A stretch of 64,000 bases of DNA from an uncultured Bifidobacterium sp. (GCA_964515155.1 CAZESK010000002.1:10950-74949); one strand, 5' to 3'. Positions 24,186 to 33,848 are shown, numbered from the stretch's first letter. Made by a program: numbers and translations. Notes: a model not told the origin generated them from the letters alone.

Positions 24186-26849
24186 TCAGACGCTCGGCAT
24201 CTGCGAAGCAAAAAACGAGCGTCCTGCAAGCGCAGGAATCTTCTCCGGCGGCACCGGCGGCGACACCAGGTAGCCCTGGATCTGGTGGCAACCCATTTCA
24301 CGCAGGATCTCCAGCTGCGGCCCGGTTTCCACGCCCTCGGCCACCACCGCAATACCAAGGTTGCGGCCGACTGAAATCATCGACTGGCACAACGCCCAGG
24401 TCTGGCGATCGGTTTCCAGCTTGCGGACAAAGGACTGGTCGATCTTGATGACGTCGATATCGAGGCTCTGCAGCTTGGACAGCGATGAATAGCCGGTGCC
24501 AAAGTCGTCGATCTCGAGTTCGATGCCCATCTGGTGCAAGCGGTGCAATTCTTCCTGCGCAACGCCGCTCTCATCCAGCATACTCGACTCAGTCAATTCG
24601 ATGGCCACCAGCGACGCCGGAAGGGTATGCCGCTGCAGCGCCTCCGTCAGCGAAAGACGGAACCGGTCGCTGTTAAGCTGAAGTGCCGACACGTTGACCG
24701 ATACCGGCCTGAGCGACATGCCAGAAGCGCGCCAAGCTGCCAGCTGTGCGCAAACCTTGCGCACGACCAGCTCGCCGATGGGCACAATCAGGCCGGTCTG
24801 CTCGGCAATGCCGATGAATTCGGTCGGACCAACCAGGCCACGCTGCGGGTGACGCCAGCGGATCAGCGCCTCCATGCCGCACAGGGTGCCGCTACCGGCA
24901 TCGACACGCGGCTGGTAATAAATGACGAATTCATCGCGCTCGAGCGCCAGCTCCAGTTCGTGTTCGGTCGAGATCCGGTCACGTATCCTTTGTGCAAAGG
25001 CCTCGTCGAAATGCCGGAACTGTGCCTTGCCCTGGGACTTGGCCTCGTACATCGCGATGTCTGCCGAGCGCAGCAGTCCGATGACGTCATTTGCATCATC
25101 CGGAAACAGGCTGATGCCGATGGAAGCCTTCAGGCTGAACATGCGCCAGTCCGTGCCGGCACCGAGCTGGCCAAGTGCATCGATCAGGCGGCGGGCGATG
25201 GATGCCGGTTCGCTACAATCCGCCACGTTCTCGATGATGACAGTGAATTCGTCGCCGCCAATACGCGCCAGATGAGCACGCTCGCCCAGTACTTGCTCGA
25301 AGCATCGCGCGACCGAGACCAGCACGGTGTCGCCAACGCGATGACCAAGTGAATCATTGATATGCTTGAAATTGTCGAGATCGATGTACAGCAGCGCCAG
25401 CTTGCCGTGGGTACGCTTTGCTGTATCGAGGGCACTCGGCAGGAAATCGTTCAGCCAGTGCCGGTTCTGCAGACCGGTCAGTGCGTCGGTGCGAGCCATC
25501 GCCGCCAGTGTTGCCGACTGCTGACGCGCCTCGGAGACATCACGTACGGTCACGGCAATGCCGATACCGGAACGCACCCCGCGACGCTGGAACCAGCCGG
25601 GCGCGTGGGTCCGGTCATGGGGAACATGGAACTCCTCTTCGACGAAGCCATTCTTCTGCACATGCTGACAGAACTTCAGCACCGACTCCAGTTCGCTGCC
25701 GGCATATACCTGTGACAGAGTACAGCCGATCAGCTCGCTGCGCGAGCGTCCCTGCAGCTCGGCACCTCGTTCGTTACAGTCCTCAACCAGCCAACCCTCG
25801 GCCTCGCCATCCGGCACGATGATATAGAAACCCTCGCGCGCGCCGTCGACCGCCAGACGGAAAGTGGACTGTACCTCTGCAGCATGCAAGCGCTGGGCAG
25901 CTTGCCGTATCTGCGCGTTCGCTCCGAACGCTGCCACGAGAACAAGCAGCAGACTGACCATGGCAGCAATACCAATGTAGGTATTCTCGGTTTCTCTATA
26001 CGGCTCAAGTACCGTGGTCATTCCGGTAGCAGCAATCGTAAGCAGGGGATAGCCTTCCAGCCGCTTCCAGCTGACGATGCGCGCCTGGCGATCGATGAAG
26101 GCCTCGGCCGGCTCGATCCGCGCCCCCTCTTCTCCATCAAGACGCGGACGCTCGAGGAAGAGCCGCGCCGGTGCGTCGCCGGCAGCGCGTACCACCAGCG
26201 GTGTGCCATCGATAAAGCGCACAGCTACAAAGTCCCCGGGTACCAGCTTGGCGAGGTCATGGAATGCGGCCAGGCGATCAGCCTCCACCACGACCAGGAC
26301 CACACCATCGAAGCTGCCATCGGGCTTGTTGAGGCTGCGGGAGAACCGGACGATTTGCTTGCCGGCAAAACCGCTGCGGCCCTCGGCCGGCGGCGAGATC
26401 AGCCATGGCGATTGCGGTGAGGTCCTGTGATGCCTGAAGAAGTCGAGGTCGCCCATGAAGGTGCCGCGCCGCAGGTTGCGCGTGGCTGTGATAGCGTGAC
26501 CACTGGCATCGATCACCGCCGGATAAATATCGGGCGGATACACGCCGCGCGCATACTGCTCCTCAAGATTCAGCGCACCGCTACGACGCTCCCATTGGTA
26601 CTTGATCGACATCGACAACTGGTCGATCTGCGTGATCGTACGCAGTAGCTGGTCTTCGTAAGTCCGTGCACGGAAGCTGGTATCGACCAGTGCCCGTTCA
26701 ATCAGGTGCTCCTCGTCGGCATGGATTTTAGATAGGGCGGCAATCCAGACCCCCCCGACCAGCAGCGCGCACGACAGTGCCCATAGCGACCCGATACGGG
26801 CATAGCTACGGCGTACTGCCTGGCTGGATTGGAGATACTCTGTCTGCAT
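24186..26849 (-). CDS. membrane sensor diguanylate cyclase/phosphodiesterase (periplasmic sensor domain-PAS-GGDEF-EAL)
   Basis: RIGGDEFTVII (GGDEF) and MEALIRWRHP (EAL) motifs, with two TM segments flanking a roughly 270-aa periplasmic domain. ATG at 26849 was chosen over TTG at 26879. Confidence 0.9.
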   Translation of the reverse strand: MQTEYLQSSQAVRRSYARIGSLWALSCALLVGGVWIAALSKIHADEEHLIERALVDTSFRARTYEDQLLRTITQIDQLSMSIKYQWERRSGALNLEEQYARGVYPPDIYPAVIDASGHAITATRNLRRGTFMGDLDFFRHHRTSPQSPWLISPPAEGRSGFAGKQIVRFSRSLNKPDGSFDGVVLVVVEADRLAAFHDLAKLVPGDFVAVRFIDGTPLVVRAAGDAPARLFLERPRLDGEEGARIEPAEAFIDRQARIVSWKRLEGYPLLTIAATGMTTVLEPYRETENTYIGIAAMVSLLLVLVAAFGANAQIRQAAQRLHAAEVQSTFRLAVDGAREGFYIIVPDGEAEGWLVEDCNERGAELQGRSRSELIGCTLSQVYAGSELESVLKFCQHVQKNGFVEEEFHVPHDRTHAPGWFQRRGVRSGIGIAVTVRDVSEARQQSATLAAMARTDALTGLQNRHWLNDFLPSALDTAKRTHGKLALLYIDLDNFKHINDSLGHRVGDTVLVSVARCFEQVLGERAHLARIGGDEFTVIIENVADCSEPASIARRLIDALGQLGAGTDWRMFSLKASIGISLFPDDANDVIGLLRSADIAMYEAKSQGKAQFRHFDEAFAQRIRDRISTEHELELALERDEFVIYYQPRVDAGSGTLCGMEALIRWRHPQRGLVGPTEFIGIAEQTGLIVPIGELVVRKVCAQLAAWRASGMSLRPVSVNVSALQLNSDRFRLSLTEALQRHTLPASLVAIELTESSMLDESGVAQEELHRLHQMGIELEIDDFGTGYSSLSKLQSLDIDVIKIDQSFVRKLETDRQTWALCQSMISVGRNLGIAVVAEGVETGPQLEILREMGCHQIQGYLVSPPVPPEKIPALAGRSFFASQMPSV

Positions 26850-27038
26850 AATGACCCGTTGCGCCGCGGAACGATTCAACGATGGAAAACGGAAGGCCCA
26901 TGCGCAAGGTCATGTGCTTTCCGACGAATTTCCATTATGCAAGACGATGGGTAATTATCAAAGTTCCCTACAGGAAACATTCATCACGCCGGGAGCGCAT
27001 CGGAAGTGCGCCCACGGCCAGTGATAGGACAACGGCCC

Positions 27039-27536
27039 TCAGAATCCCGCGCCGGGCCGTGCTCTGGCGCGCTCCTGGCGGCTCGCTTCCTGTGTCTCGC
27101 GGTAAATCGGCAGGTAGACCAGCGCAAGCGTGCCACGGTCATCAACCTTGCTGAACTCGAGCTCGATGTAGACCTTCTCCTCGCCGCCGCCCCAGACGCG
27201 GGTCTCGGTGAAGCGCTGGCCGACGCGGCCCTCGCCCCACTGGGCTGTTGCATGCGCGAGCAGCGCGTCATAGGCAGCCTGGCCGACAAACTCCATCTGC
27301 GCAAAATAGAAGCGGTCACCAGCAAAGCACAGACGCTGATTGCTGACGGGCGTACCGCCGACTTCGCCTTGGCCCTCGCCGCTGCGATAGCACTCGTAAA
27401 TCTTTGTCTCGGCAAGCTTGGTTGCATTGGCGAGCTGGGCAACCGGCGCCTCCCAGCGCAGGCTGTTAAAGCCCTCGGGCAGACCCCCGGCCAACACATG
27501 GCAGGGGAGCAGCGCGAGCAGCAGAAGTTTTTTCAT
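27039..27536 (-). CDS. secreted hypothetical protein
   Basis: Signal peptide MKKLLLLALLPCHVLAG and GGAGA SD. The longer ORF start would overlap the upstream terminator. Confidence 0.6.
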   Translation of the reverse strand: MKKLLLLALLPCHVLAGGLPEGFNSLRWEAPVAQLANATKLAETKIYECYRSGEGQGEVGGTPVSNQRLCFAGDRFYFAQMEFVGQAAYDALLAHATAQWGEGRVGQRFTETRVWGGGEEKVYIELEFSKVDDRGTLALVYLPIYRETQEASRQERARARPGAGF

Positions 27537-27570
27537 GTTCTTGTCTCCGGCAGGGTGCTTATCGTTATGC

Positions 27571-27600
27571 AAAAAAAACGGCGCGGTTACCCGCGCCGTT
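27571..27600 (-). terminator. intrinsic terminator downstream of the substrate-binding protein gene
   Basis: Minus strand: AACGGCGCGGgtaaCCGCGCCGTT followed by T8. Confidence 0.85.
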
Positions 27601-27618
27601 GATTATGAAGGAATCAGT

Positions 27619-28824
27619 TCATTTCCACAGGGCGCACTTGCTCTCCGCTTTGGTCATGTAGGCCTGCTCGCCCGGGATGACTTGCACGACCTTGTAGTAG
27701 TCCCATGCATACTTGGATTCGGCGGGCGACTTCACTTGCATGAGCGTCATGTCATGCACCATGCGTCCATCGGGACGCACGATGCCGTTCTTGGCGAACA
27801 CATCATTGACTGGGGTGGACTTCAACTTGGCCATCACCTTGTCACCGTCGTCAGTGCCGATGGCCTTGACCGCGTTCAGGTAGAAGTTGGTGGCCGAGTA
27901 ATCGGCGGCATGCAGCATCGAGGGCGCTTTCTTGTTACGCTGCATGAAGCGCTTTGACCAGGCGCGCGTCTCTTCGTTGGTGTCCCAGTACCAGCCGTCG
28001 GTGAGGTACATGCCCTGCGTGACATTCAGTCCCAGCGCGTGCACATCGTTGACGAACATCAGCAGGCCGGCCAGCTTCATCTTCTTGTTGATGCCGAACT
28101 CGTTGGCAGCCTTGATCGAGTTCACGGTATCTCCGCCAGCATTGGCTAGCCCGAGCACCTGAGCCTTCGAGCCTTGCGCCTGCAGCAGAAAGGACGAGAA
28201 GTCGGCAGCTGCCAGAGGATGGCGAGTCGACCCCATCACCCGGCCACCCCCCGATTTAACGATCTGCGCCGCGTCGTTCTCGAGGGAGATGCCAAATACG
28301 TAGTCAGCGGTCAGGAAATACCAGTCTTTGTTGCCTTGCTTGGTCAGTGCCGCGGCCGTACCGCGCGCCATTGCTGCGGTGTCGTAGGCATAGTGAATGG
28401 TGTAGGGCGTGCACTCCTCGTTGGTGAGCCGCGAGGTACCCGCACCAACCGAGATGAAAGGCTTCTTCTTCTCGGCTGCGACCTTGGCCATGGCCAGGTT
28501 GGTCGCTGAGTTGGTGCCGCCGATAAGCATATCGAGACCCTGGCGGTCGAACCATTCGCGTGCCTTGCTGGCGGCAATGTCGGCCTTGTTCTGGTGGTCA
28601 GCGGTCAGTAACTCGATTTTCTTGCCGTTGATGTTGCCGCCAAAATCGGCAATCGCCATCTTGATTGCGTCGGTACCGGCGGGTCCGTCAACGTCGGCAT
28701 AAACACCGGACATATCGGTGATGAAGCCGATGCGTATCGTGTCATTCGATATCTGCGCATGGGCTCCGGGAGCGCCGAAGGTGATAGCGGCAGCGGCAGC
28801 GAGTGTGAGGGTGCGAATCTTCAA
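27619..28824 (-). CDS. ABC transporter substrate-binding protein (branched-chain amino acid / amide type), orphan
   Basis: 401 aa with a signal peptide and LivJ-like periplasmic binding fold pattern. No permease or ATPase genes are adjacent. Confidence 0.8.
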   Translation of the reverse strand: MKIRTLTLAAAAAITFGAPGAHAQISNDTIRIGFITDMSGVYADVDGPAGTDAIKMAIADFGGNINGKKIELLTADHQNKADIAASKAREWFDRQGLDMLIGGTNSATNLAMAKVAAEKKKPFISVGAGTSRLTNEECTPYTIHYAYDTAAMARGTAAALTKQGNKDWYFLTADYVFGISLENDAAQIVKSGGGRVMGSTRHPLAAADFSSFLLQAQGSKAQVLGLANAGGDTVNSIKAANEFGINKKMKLAGLLMFVNDVHALGLNVTQGMYLTDGWYWDTNEETRAWSKRFMQRNKKAPSMLHAADYSATNFYLNAVKAIGTDDGDKVMAKLKSTPVNDVFAKNGIVRPDGRMVHDMTLMQVKSPAESKYAWDYYKVVQVIPGEQAYMTKAESKCALWK

Positions 28825-29099
28825 GTGGGGTCTCCCTTTTTATTAATCTGAAACTTGAGCCGCGCAAATCTTAGCATGAGGGCATGCTTCCTCATGGCGC
28901 TCCGCTCAGCCTGTCTGTCAATCTTCCCTGCGGATGGCGGACAAGGATCACGATTACCTCAAGCTCGCGGTACTGTGACCCGGCGAACGCCGCAAACATC
29001 GCACATGCCACGGGTCGCCCGACGCGGATCAAACACACGAACTTTGCCGTGCATACCTTGCCTATCCACTAACGGAATGTACTCGCTGGCCTTGACGGC

Positions 29100-29115
29100 T
29101 GGCATGTGCTGCGCC
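29100..29115 (+). promoter_or_regulatory. candidate sigma-54 (-24/-12) promoter upstream of the elaB-like operon
   Basis: TGGCATG-tgct-GCGCC. GG and GC are at the canonical 12-nt offset and the -24 element is near consensus (TGGCACG), but the -12 element is weak (GCGC vs TTGC). It lies about 37 nt upstream of the ATG at 29152. Confidence 0.3.
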
Positions 29116-29151
29116 GCCCTCCCTCAAACGCAACCGCAGGAGACCATAGCG

Positions 29152-29553
29152 ATGGAACCGACTTATCCGACCACCGGTAGTGAATCGACGGGGCTGCACA
29201 AGAGTGGCAGCAGTACCGGCAGTACGGGAGAATCCGGCGTCAGTAGCCATGCTCCGGCCAGCAGGACTGCGCGCCTGCGCGACGAGTTATCGATTCTCAA
29301 GAGCGATCTCGATGCGCTAATGTCGCATGCGTCCACGCTGAATGAGCACGAGCTGCAGGAAGCGCGCGACCGCATCCTTGCACGCTTCTCGTCGATGCGC
29401 TATGCCGCACGTGGTATCGCCGAGCAGGCGACACGGCAGTTCAGCCACGGCCGCGACATGACGGTGGACTATGTGAAAGACAAGCCCCTGCAGTCCGTAG
29501 CCCTTGCTGCCGGGCTCGGGCTCCTGATCGGCACAATCCTGCGCCGTAGCTGA
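29152..29553 (+). CDS. ElaB/YqjD/DUF883 family membrane-anchored ribosome-binding protein
   Basis: 133 aa. C-terminal KPLQSVALAAGLGLLIGTILRRS anchor and GCAGGAGA SD. The upstream ORF extension has no support. Confidence 0.8.
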   Translation: MEPTYPTTGSESTGLHKSGSSTGSTGESGVSSHAPASRTARLRDELSILKSDLDALMSHASTLNEHELQEARDRILARFSSMRYAARGIAEQATRQFSHGRDMTVDYVKDKPLQSVALAAGLGLLIGTILRRS

Positions 29554-29581
29554 TACGAACGACCTGACAGGAGATTGTCGC

Positions 29582-29950
29582 GTGTTCGAAACTCTGAAAA
29601 AAACACGGCAGCTGTCACTGATTGCCATCGATCGGCTCGGTGATTATCTCGCGCTGTTACGTATCGAGGTCAAACTGCAGGGTCGTGAACTCGCCGCACA
29701 GATGATCGGCTACGCCGCGGCAGTGCTGCTCGGACTGTTCGTGCTGCTGTTTCTGGGTATCGCGATCATCGTCAGCTTCTGGGACAGTGAATACCGAACG
29801 CTCGCCGCGTGGTTGGTGGTGGCCCTGTATGCAAGCGGTGCGGCCGCGGGTATCGGGCTGGCGCGCAGGCGCCCATCCCAGACAGCCGGCCTGAATACCC
29901 TGCGCGAGGAATTGAAACGGGATGTTGCTCTGGTCAGGGAGTATCTATGA
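29582..29950 (+). CDS. YqjE-like membrane protein (DUF1469 / holin-like family)
   Basis: 122 aa, GTG start with AGGAGA SD, two TM helices. Gene order matches E. coli yqjD-yqjE-yqjK. Confidence 0.7.
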   Translation: MFETLKKTRQLSLIAIDRLGDYLALLRIEVKLQGRELAAQMIGYAAAVLLGLFVLLFLGIAIIVSFWDSEYRTLAAWLVVALYASGAAAGIGLARRRPSQTAGLNTLREELKRDVALVREYL

Positions 29951-30483
29951 AGCCTTCGCTGGAAGACGAACGCAGCGCGCTGCTCGAGCAGATCGAAGCC
30001 AGCCGTGCGGTCTACCGCCGCATGCTGGCAGGCGAAGCGGGCACGTCGCCGTCGCGCGGCATGAGCAGTACAGGAGCAGGTCCGCATGCAGCGGCGGACA
30101 AGCCGACGCTTCGCGAGCGGGTCGCACAGAGCCCCGTCGTACTGTGGATGATGGAGCACCCGCTCTGGGTGGCAGGAGGTGTCGCACTGCTCGTGCTGAT
30201 GGCACCAAAGATAAGAGACAGGACCACCGCTTTGGTACGCAAGCGCCGGGCTGCCGGGCAGCGTGATTCACAGGAGCAGATGGCGCGCGCGGTAGCGGGC
30301 GGCACCGCCAGGGCATTGCTGCCGCTCGCTTTGCTGCTTCTGCGAGATACGGCCCGCCTGCGCGCCATCGTACGCCTTGCCGGAGCCACCTGGCAGTGGC
30401 TGCTGAAGCCCGGGCAGAGAAAAGCAAGCCGATCCATCACCACGTTCGCGCCGACAGCGGGCGTGGCCAACCGTAGTCACTGA
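29947..30483 (+). CDS. YqjK-like protein
   Basis: ATGA overlap with the preceding gene. N-terminal DERSALLEQIEASRAVY resembles the YqjK start. One TM segment. Confidence 0.6.
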   Translation: MKPSLEDERSALLEQIEASRAVYRRMLAGEAGTSPSRGMSSTGAGPHAAADKPTLRERVAQSPVVLWMMEHPLWVAGGVALLVLMAPKIRDRTTALVRKRRAAGQRDSQEQMARAVAGGTARALLPLALLLLRDTARLRAIVRLAGATWQWLLKPGQRKASRSITTFAPTAGVANRSH

Positions 30484-30497
30484 CAAGGAGGCACACC

Positions 30498-30674
30498 ATG
30501 CGGCAATTCACTCTCAAGCATCTGATGCTTAATTATTTGATGCGCGGGCTCGGCGTGCTGGCAGTCGGTATCGCCCTGTCCGGATGTAATACCATGCGCG
30601 GCTTTGGCAAGGACGTCGAGCGCGGTGGCGAGCGCGTGCAGGACGCCGCCACCAGCACGCAGAACCGGAAGTAA
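30498..30674 (+). CDS. entericidin A/B family lipoprotein (58 aa, below the ORF-track cutoff)
   Basis: Hand translation gives MRQFTLKHLMLNYLMRGLGVLAVGIALSGCNTMRGFGKDVERGGERVQDAATSTQNRK. Lipobox LSGC followed by CNTxRGxGxD as in EcnA/EcnB. Strong AAGGAGG SD. Confidence 0.8.
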   Translation: MRQFTLKHLMLNYLMRGLGVLAVGIALSGCNTMRGFGKDVERGGERVQDAATSTQNRK

Positions 30675-30714
30675 TCCGGCAATCAGGTCATCCGGCTGTC
30701 CGGATCACGAGGCT

Positions 30715-31203
30715 TCACGCAGTGGCAGACGGCGATGGCGGCTGCGGCTTGCCTTGGTGGATTTCGCCGCGCCACGCCCCCGACTCCAGTCCCTGCGTTT
30801 CGAGCATGTCCTTAAAACGCATCAGATCCTGCTCGATGCGGCGTCGCAGATCGGTCTCGTGCTGTGCGTGCTCGCTGGCCGGCAGCCGGGCTGCGAGGTT
30901 GATCTCCAGTTCAACCCGGGTAGCATCTTCGGTGAGCGGAAAGAAACGCAAATTGCCGTGGTTGCCCGGGCCACCAATATCGCGCCAGCCGATCACCTGG
31001 TCTGGTATCTGCTCGACGATCTCTGAATCCCACTCGATCTCCCGCCCCTGGCGGTGAGCGCGCCAGTGCAGGTGAGTATCATCGAGTTGCCAGACTTCGT
31101 GCACGCCTTCCATGAAGCGTGGAAAATCCTCGAACTGGGTCCACTGGTTGTAGACCGACCTCAGCGGTACATTCACATCGATGCGGTGCCTGATCTGAGT
31201 CAT
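30715..31203 (-). CDS. SRPBCC (polyketide cyclase/dehydrase-like) family protein
   Basis: IDVNVPLRSVYNQWTQFEDFPRFMEGV is typical of the Polyketide_cyc2 family. AAGGAG SD. The second of two adjacent ATGs was chosen. Confidence 0.75.
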   Translation of the reverse strand: MTQIRHRIDVNVPLRSVYNQWTQFEDFPRFMEGVHEVWQLDDTHLHWRAHRQGREIEWDSEIVEQIPDQVIGWRDIGGPGNHGNLRFFPLTEDATRVELEINLAARLPASEHAQHETDLRRRIEQDLMRFKDMLETQGLESGAWRGEIHQGKPQPPSPSATA

Positions 31204-31393
31204 CATTGCTCCTTCATGTCCTGGTTGATATCAACGACCGACATTGACTTCGGATACTGACTGCGAGGATGAAGGCGCATCCCAAACCCTCGCCCATACC
31301 CGATGCATTACTGCCCTCGTGCCACTGTCCGCAGTGATGGAGTGACGCGCCAATGATGGCCAATCGCGCCACAGCGAAGCGCCACCATCAATT

Positions 31394-31687
31394 TCAAGAA
31401 AACGTGTAATACACCAGCCTCACCAGAGAGGAATCGAAGTACAGCGCTTGCCACGGGATCACTACCGGCGCCTTGCCGCCCTGCGGAGCGACGATGACAA
31501 AGCGTAGCTGCCGATTGTGCATGTCCACCAGAACCGAGCGCACCCTCCCCATCGGCTGCCCCGTCGCCGTGACGACCGGACAGGACCGCAACAGCTCGGT
31601 GGCCGACGATTGACCGGCGGTCATGCAGGCAAAGCGTTTGTGCGGTGCGCTCGCCGGACCGGTTCTTCCGTCATCAGTTCTCAGCAT
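31394..31687 (-). CDS. PRC-barrel domain protein (small)
   Basis: VVTATGQPMGRVRSVLVDMHNRQLRFVIVAPQGGKAPVVIPWQAL fits the PRC-barrel pattern. Start chosen at MLRTDD with GAGAGGG SD; the start is uncertain. Confidence 0.6.
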   Translation of the reverse strand: MLRTDDGRTGPASAPHKRFACMTAGQSSATELLRSCPVVTATGQPMGRVRSVLVDMHNRQLRFVIVAPQGGKAPVVIPWQALYFDSSLVRLVYYTFS

Positions 31688-31755
31688 GGCGCCCTCTCGA
31701 ATGAGTAGACTAAGACAGCTTCCTACCCATGCAGTTTCAAGGCGGCGCATCCTGC

Positions 31756-32634
31756 TCAGGATCGCGCGGGGTCAGTGCGGATGGGGTTCATGGTCGGTGT
31801 ACTTTCCATGTCATCCGACTCGGCCCAGGTCGTACGACGCGCGCCCATGGCACCCAGCGCGCCACCAACGAAACTCAGCGCCAGCGATAGTGCGACAGCG
31901 CCGAATGCGACCCACGCCGCCGTGCTGGCGCCCTCGATCGCCCGGTCGGCAGCGGCCCGCCCCTGCGGCGATGCCTGCTCGGGTGACCCCGACAGAATAA
32001 GGGCCTGGTCGACGATGGTCGATGCACGCTCGCGCTCCACACCCATCGTGCTGCTCATGAAGTTGATCGCCTGATCCCGCCGGCCAGCAGTGATATGGCC
32101 TTGCAGTGTGCGCATGTTGTCGGCGCTGATATTGGTACCAAGCTGGCGGTTAAGCAGCGCGGTGAGACCGCCGACCGAAGTGCCACTCTGTACCACCGTA
32201 TTCGCGCCCTGCCCGACACTGGCGAAGAGGCCTGACAGCAAAGAGCCGCCGGCCGAGGTGGCCAGTACGACGAAAAGCAGTGTCGTCACTGCCCACGACA
32301 CCACACCGTGCAGCATGCCATCCATCTTGCGCTTGAGGCCGGACATACGGCCAGCGACATAGGCGCCCACAAGCGCAGAGATGAGCATTGCAATACCGGC
32401 CCATACCAGCGCGCCAGCACCGGGCATCTCTGCCTGCTGCACGCTGGTCATCGACAGGCCGCTGGCAATACCCAGCAGGGTGAGTACGAGCTGCACCGAA
32501 ATACCGACCGCCACGCCTGCCAGCACCGCACCCCAGCGTATGGCCGGGAATAGCGGACGCCGGATGACATTGTCCTGCGAGATCAGGGTTCCGCCCGGAT
32601 GGTTAGCGCCGGTGTCGAGATGAATCGTGGCCAT
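31756..32634 (-). CDS. hypothetical integral membrane protein
   Basis: 292 aa with 4-5 predicted TM helices and an AAGGAGA SD. No family recognised. Confidence 0.7.
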   Translation of the reverse strand: MATIHLDTGANHPGGTLISQDNVIRRPLFPAIRWGAVLAGVAVGISVQLVLTLLGIASGLSMTSVQQAEMPGAGALVWAGIAMLISALVGAYVAGRMSGLKRKMDGMLHGVVSWAVTTLLFVVLATSAGGSLLSGLFASVGQGANTVVQSGTSVGGLTALLNRQLGTNISADNMRTLQGHITAGRRDQAINFMSSTMGVERERASTIVDQALILSGSPEQASPQGRAAADRAIEGASTAAWVAFGAVALSLALSFVGGALGAMGARRTTWAESDDMESTPTMNPIRTDPARS

Positions 32635-32748
32635 CTGGAAATCTCCTTGCGTGATTGGTGGTTAGTTGTTGGAGTGGTACCGGCGCGAATCCTCGCGGCG
32701 CTTTGGCGGGTATCAAATGCCGCGCGAACCATGCGCGACATCATCTGC

Positions 32749-33204
32749 TCAAAGTTTCGTCAAGACACCGTTGGTGATCTGTACGCGGTCGCCCTGCTTG
32801 ATGGTTGGAGCGGCTTCCTGCGCGAATGATTGCGTGGTGCCGTCGTCCATCCGAATAGTGACCTTGAAAACCTGACCTGCGCTGCGACGCTTCTCCATTT
32901 CGCTGCCGACATAGGCTCCACCAGCCGCGCCGGCAGCAGTGGCTACCGTGCGTCCGCTACCGCCGCCGACCTGACTGCCGATGATGCCGCCAACGGCAGC
33001 ACCAGCGAGCGTACCTAAGCCAATGCCCTGGGAGCGCGGTACGACCTCGATTGACTGGATGATGCCAGTACCGTTGACGTTGGATGCGATTGGCTGGACC
33101 TGTTGCGATGAACTGCGACCGAATAGATCACCGTTACCCTGGCAACCCGCAGCGAGCGCTGCCACCATGACGATGAACACGGACATCCTTTTACTGATCC
33201 ACAT
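32749..33204 (-). CDS. glycine-zipper 2TM outer-membrane lipoprotein (SlyB / 17-kDa antigen-like)
   Basis: Lipobox LAAGC and glycine zipper GTLAGAAVGGIIGSQVGGGSG. AGGAGA SD before MWISKR. Confidence 0.8.
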   Translation of the reverse strand: MWISKRMSVFIVMVAALAAGCQGNGDLFGRSSSQQVQPIASNVNGTGIIQSIEVVPRSQGIGLGTLAGAAVGGIIGSQVGGGSGRTVATAAGAAGGAYVGSEMEKRRSAGQVFKVTIRMDDGTTQSFAQEAAPTIKQGDRVQITNGVLTKL

Positions 33205-33407
33205 ACTGTTCTCCTGCAATGCGTTTGAGTTGATGAAACGATGAGATGCCTCACCTGCCGAACAGCATCCATGTCAGGTGCATGGCACAGCGAGGAGGCG
33301 GGCCTGCCATCTGGACTCGCCCGCACCGCGGTCGACGAGATTTCGAGCAGCCGGGTGCGGAAGAGAGAGGCGGCAATGCCGACGGCGCCGACATCGCAAC
33401 CTGCGAG

Positions 33408-33848
33408 CTACTGCCGCCAGTACGGTTGCTGGTTGTAATATGAGTGAACTTGCGAAGCCCAGCTCTCTTCGGCCATCGAGGGCCAATGATCTTTATTGAA
33501 GCCGGGTGCGCTCTGCAGCCTATCCTTGGGTACGTCGAGGATGAAACACTTGCGGTCGGCGTCGAGCGTCAGCGAGCTCCAGGGTATGGCAAACAGCTTG
33601 TCGCCCAGGCCGAGGATGCCGCCAAAGGATAAGACCGCATACGCGATGCGGCCACCTTGTACGTCGAGCATGATGGCCTCGATATTGCCAAGCTTCTCCC
33701 CTTGCAGGTTGACCACATCATCACCCTGCAGTGTCCCGGCGGCCATGATCTCTGGCCCCGGTCCGCTGTCATCATCAGGATAGCGCTGAACAATACGGGC
33801 GCCCTGCGGGCCCGGTGTCCCTTGGGAGGGATCGGAAGTGAGACTCAT
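33408..33848 (-). CDS. PRC-barrel domain protein
   Basis: VVNLQGEKLGNIEAIMLDVQGGRIAYAVLSFGGILGLGDKLFAIPWSSL. AAGGA SD before MSLTSD. Confidence 0.8.
   Translation of the reverse strand: MSLTSDPSQGTPGPQGARIVQRYPDDDSGPGPEIMAAGTLQGDDVVNLQGEKLGNIEAIMLDVQGGRIAYAVLSFGGILGLGDKLFAIPWSSLTLDADRKCFILDVPKDRLQSAPGFNKDHWPSMAEESWASQVHSYYNQQPYWRQ

Noticed and set aside
31318-31324. Perfect -24 element (TGGCACG on the minus strand) upstream of the SRPBCC gene.
   Set aside because: No GC dinucleotide lies at the required 12-nt offset; the nearest ones are 3 nt too close or 5 nt too far. It is not a functional -24/-12 promoter by sequence.
33256-33271. Sigma-54-like match TGGATG-N5-CGGCA upstream of the glycine-zipper lipoprotein gene.
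   Set aside because: Only the GG/GC dinucleotides and spacing match. That is expected by chance about once per 250 nt per strand in this GC-rich DNA.
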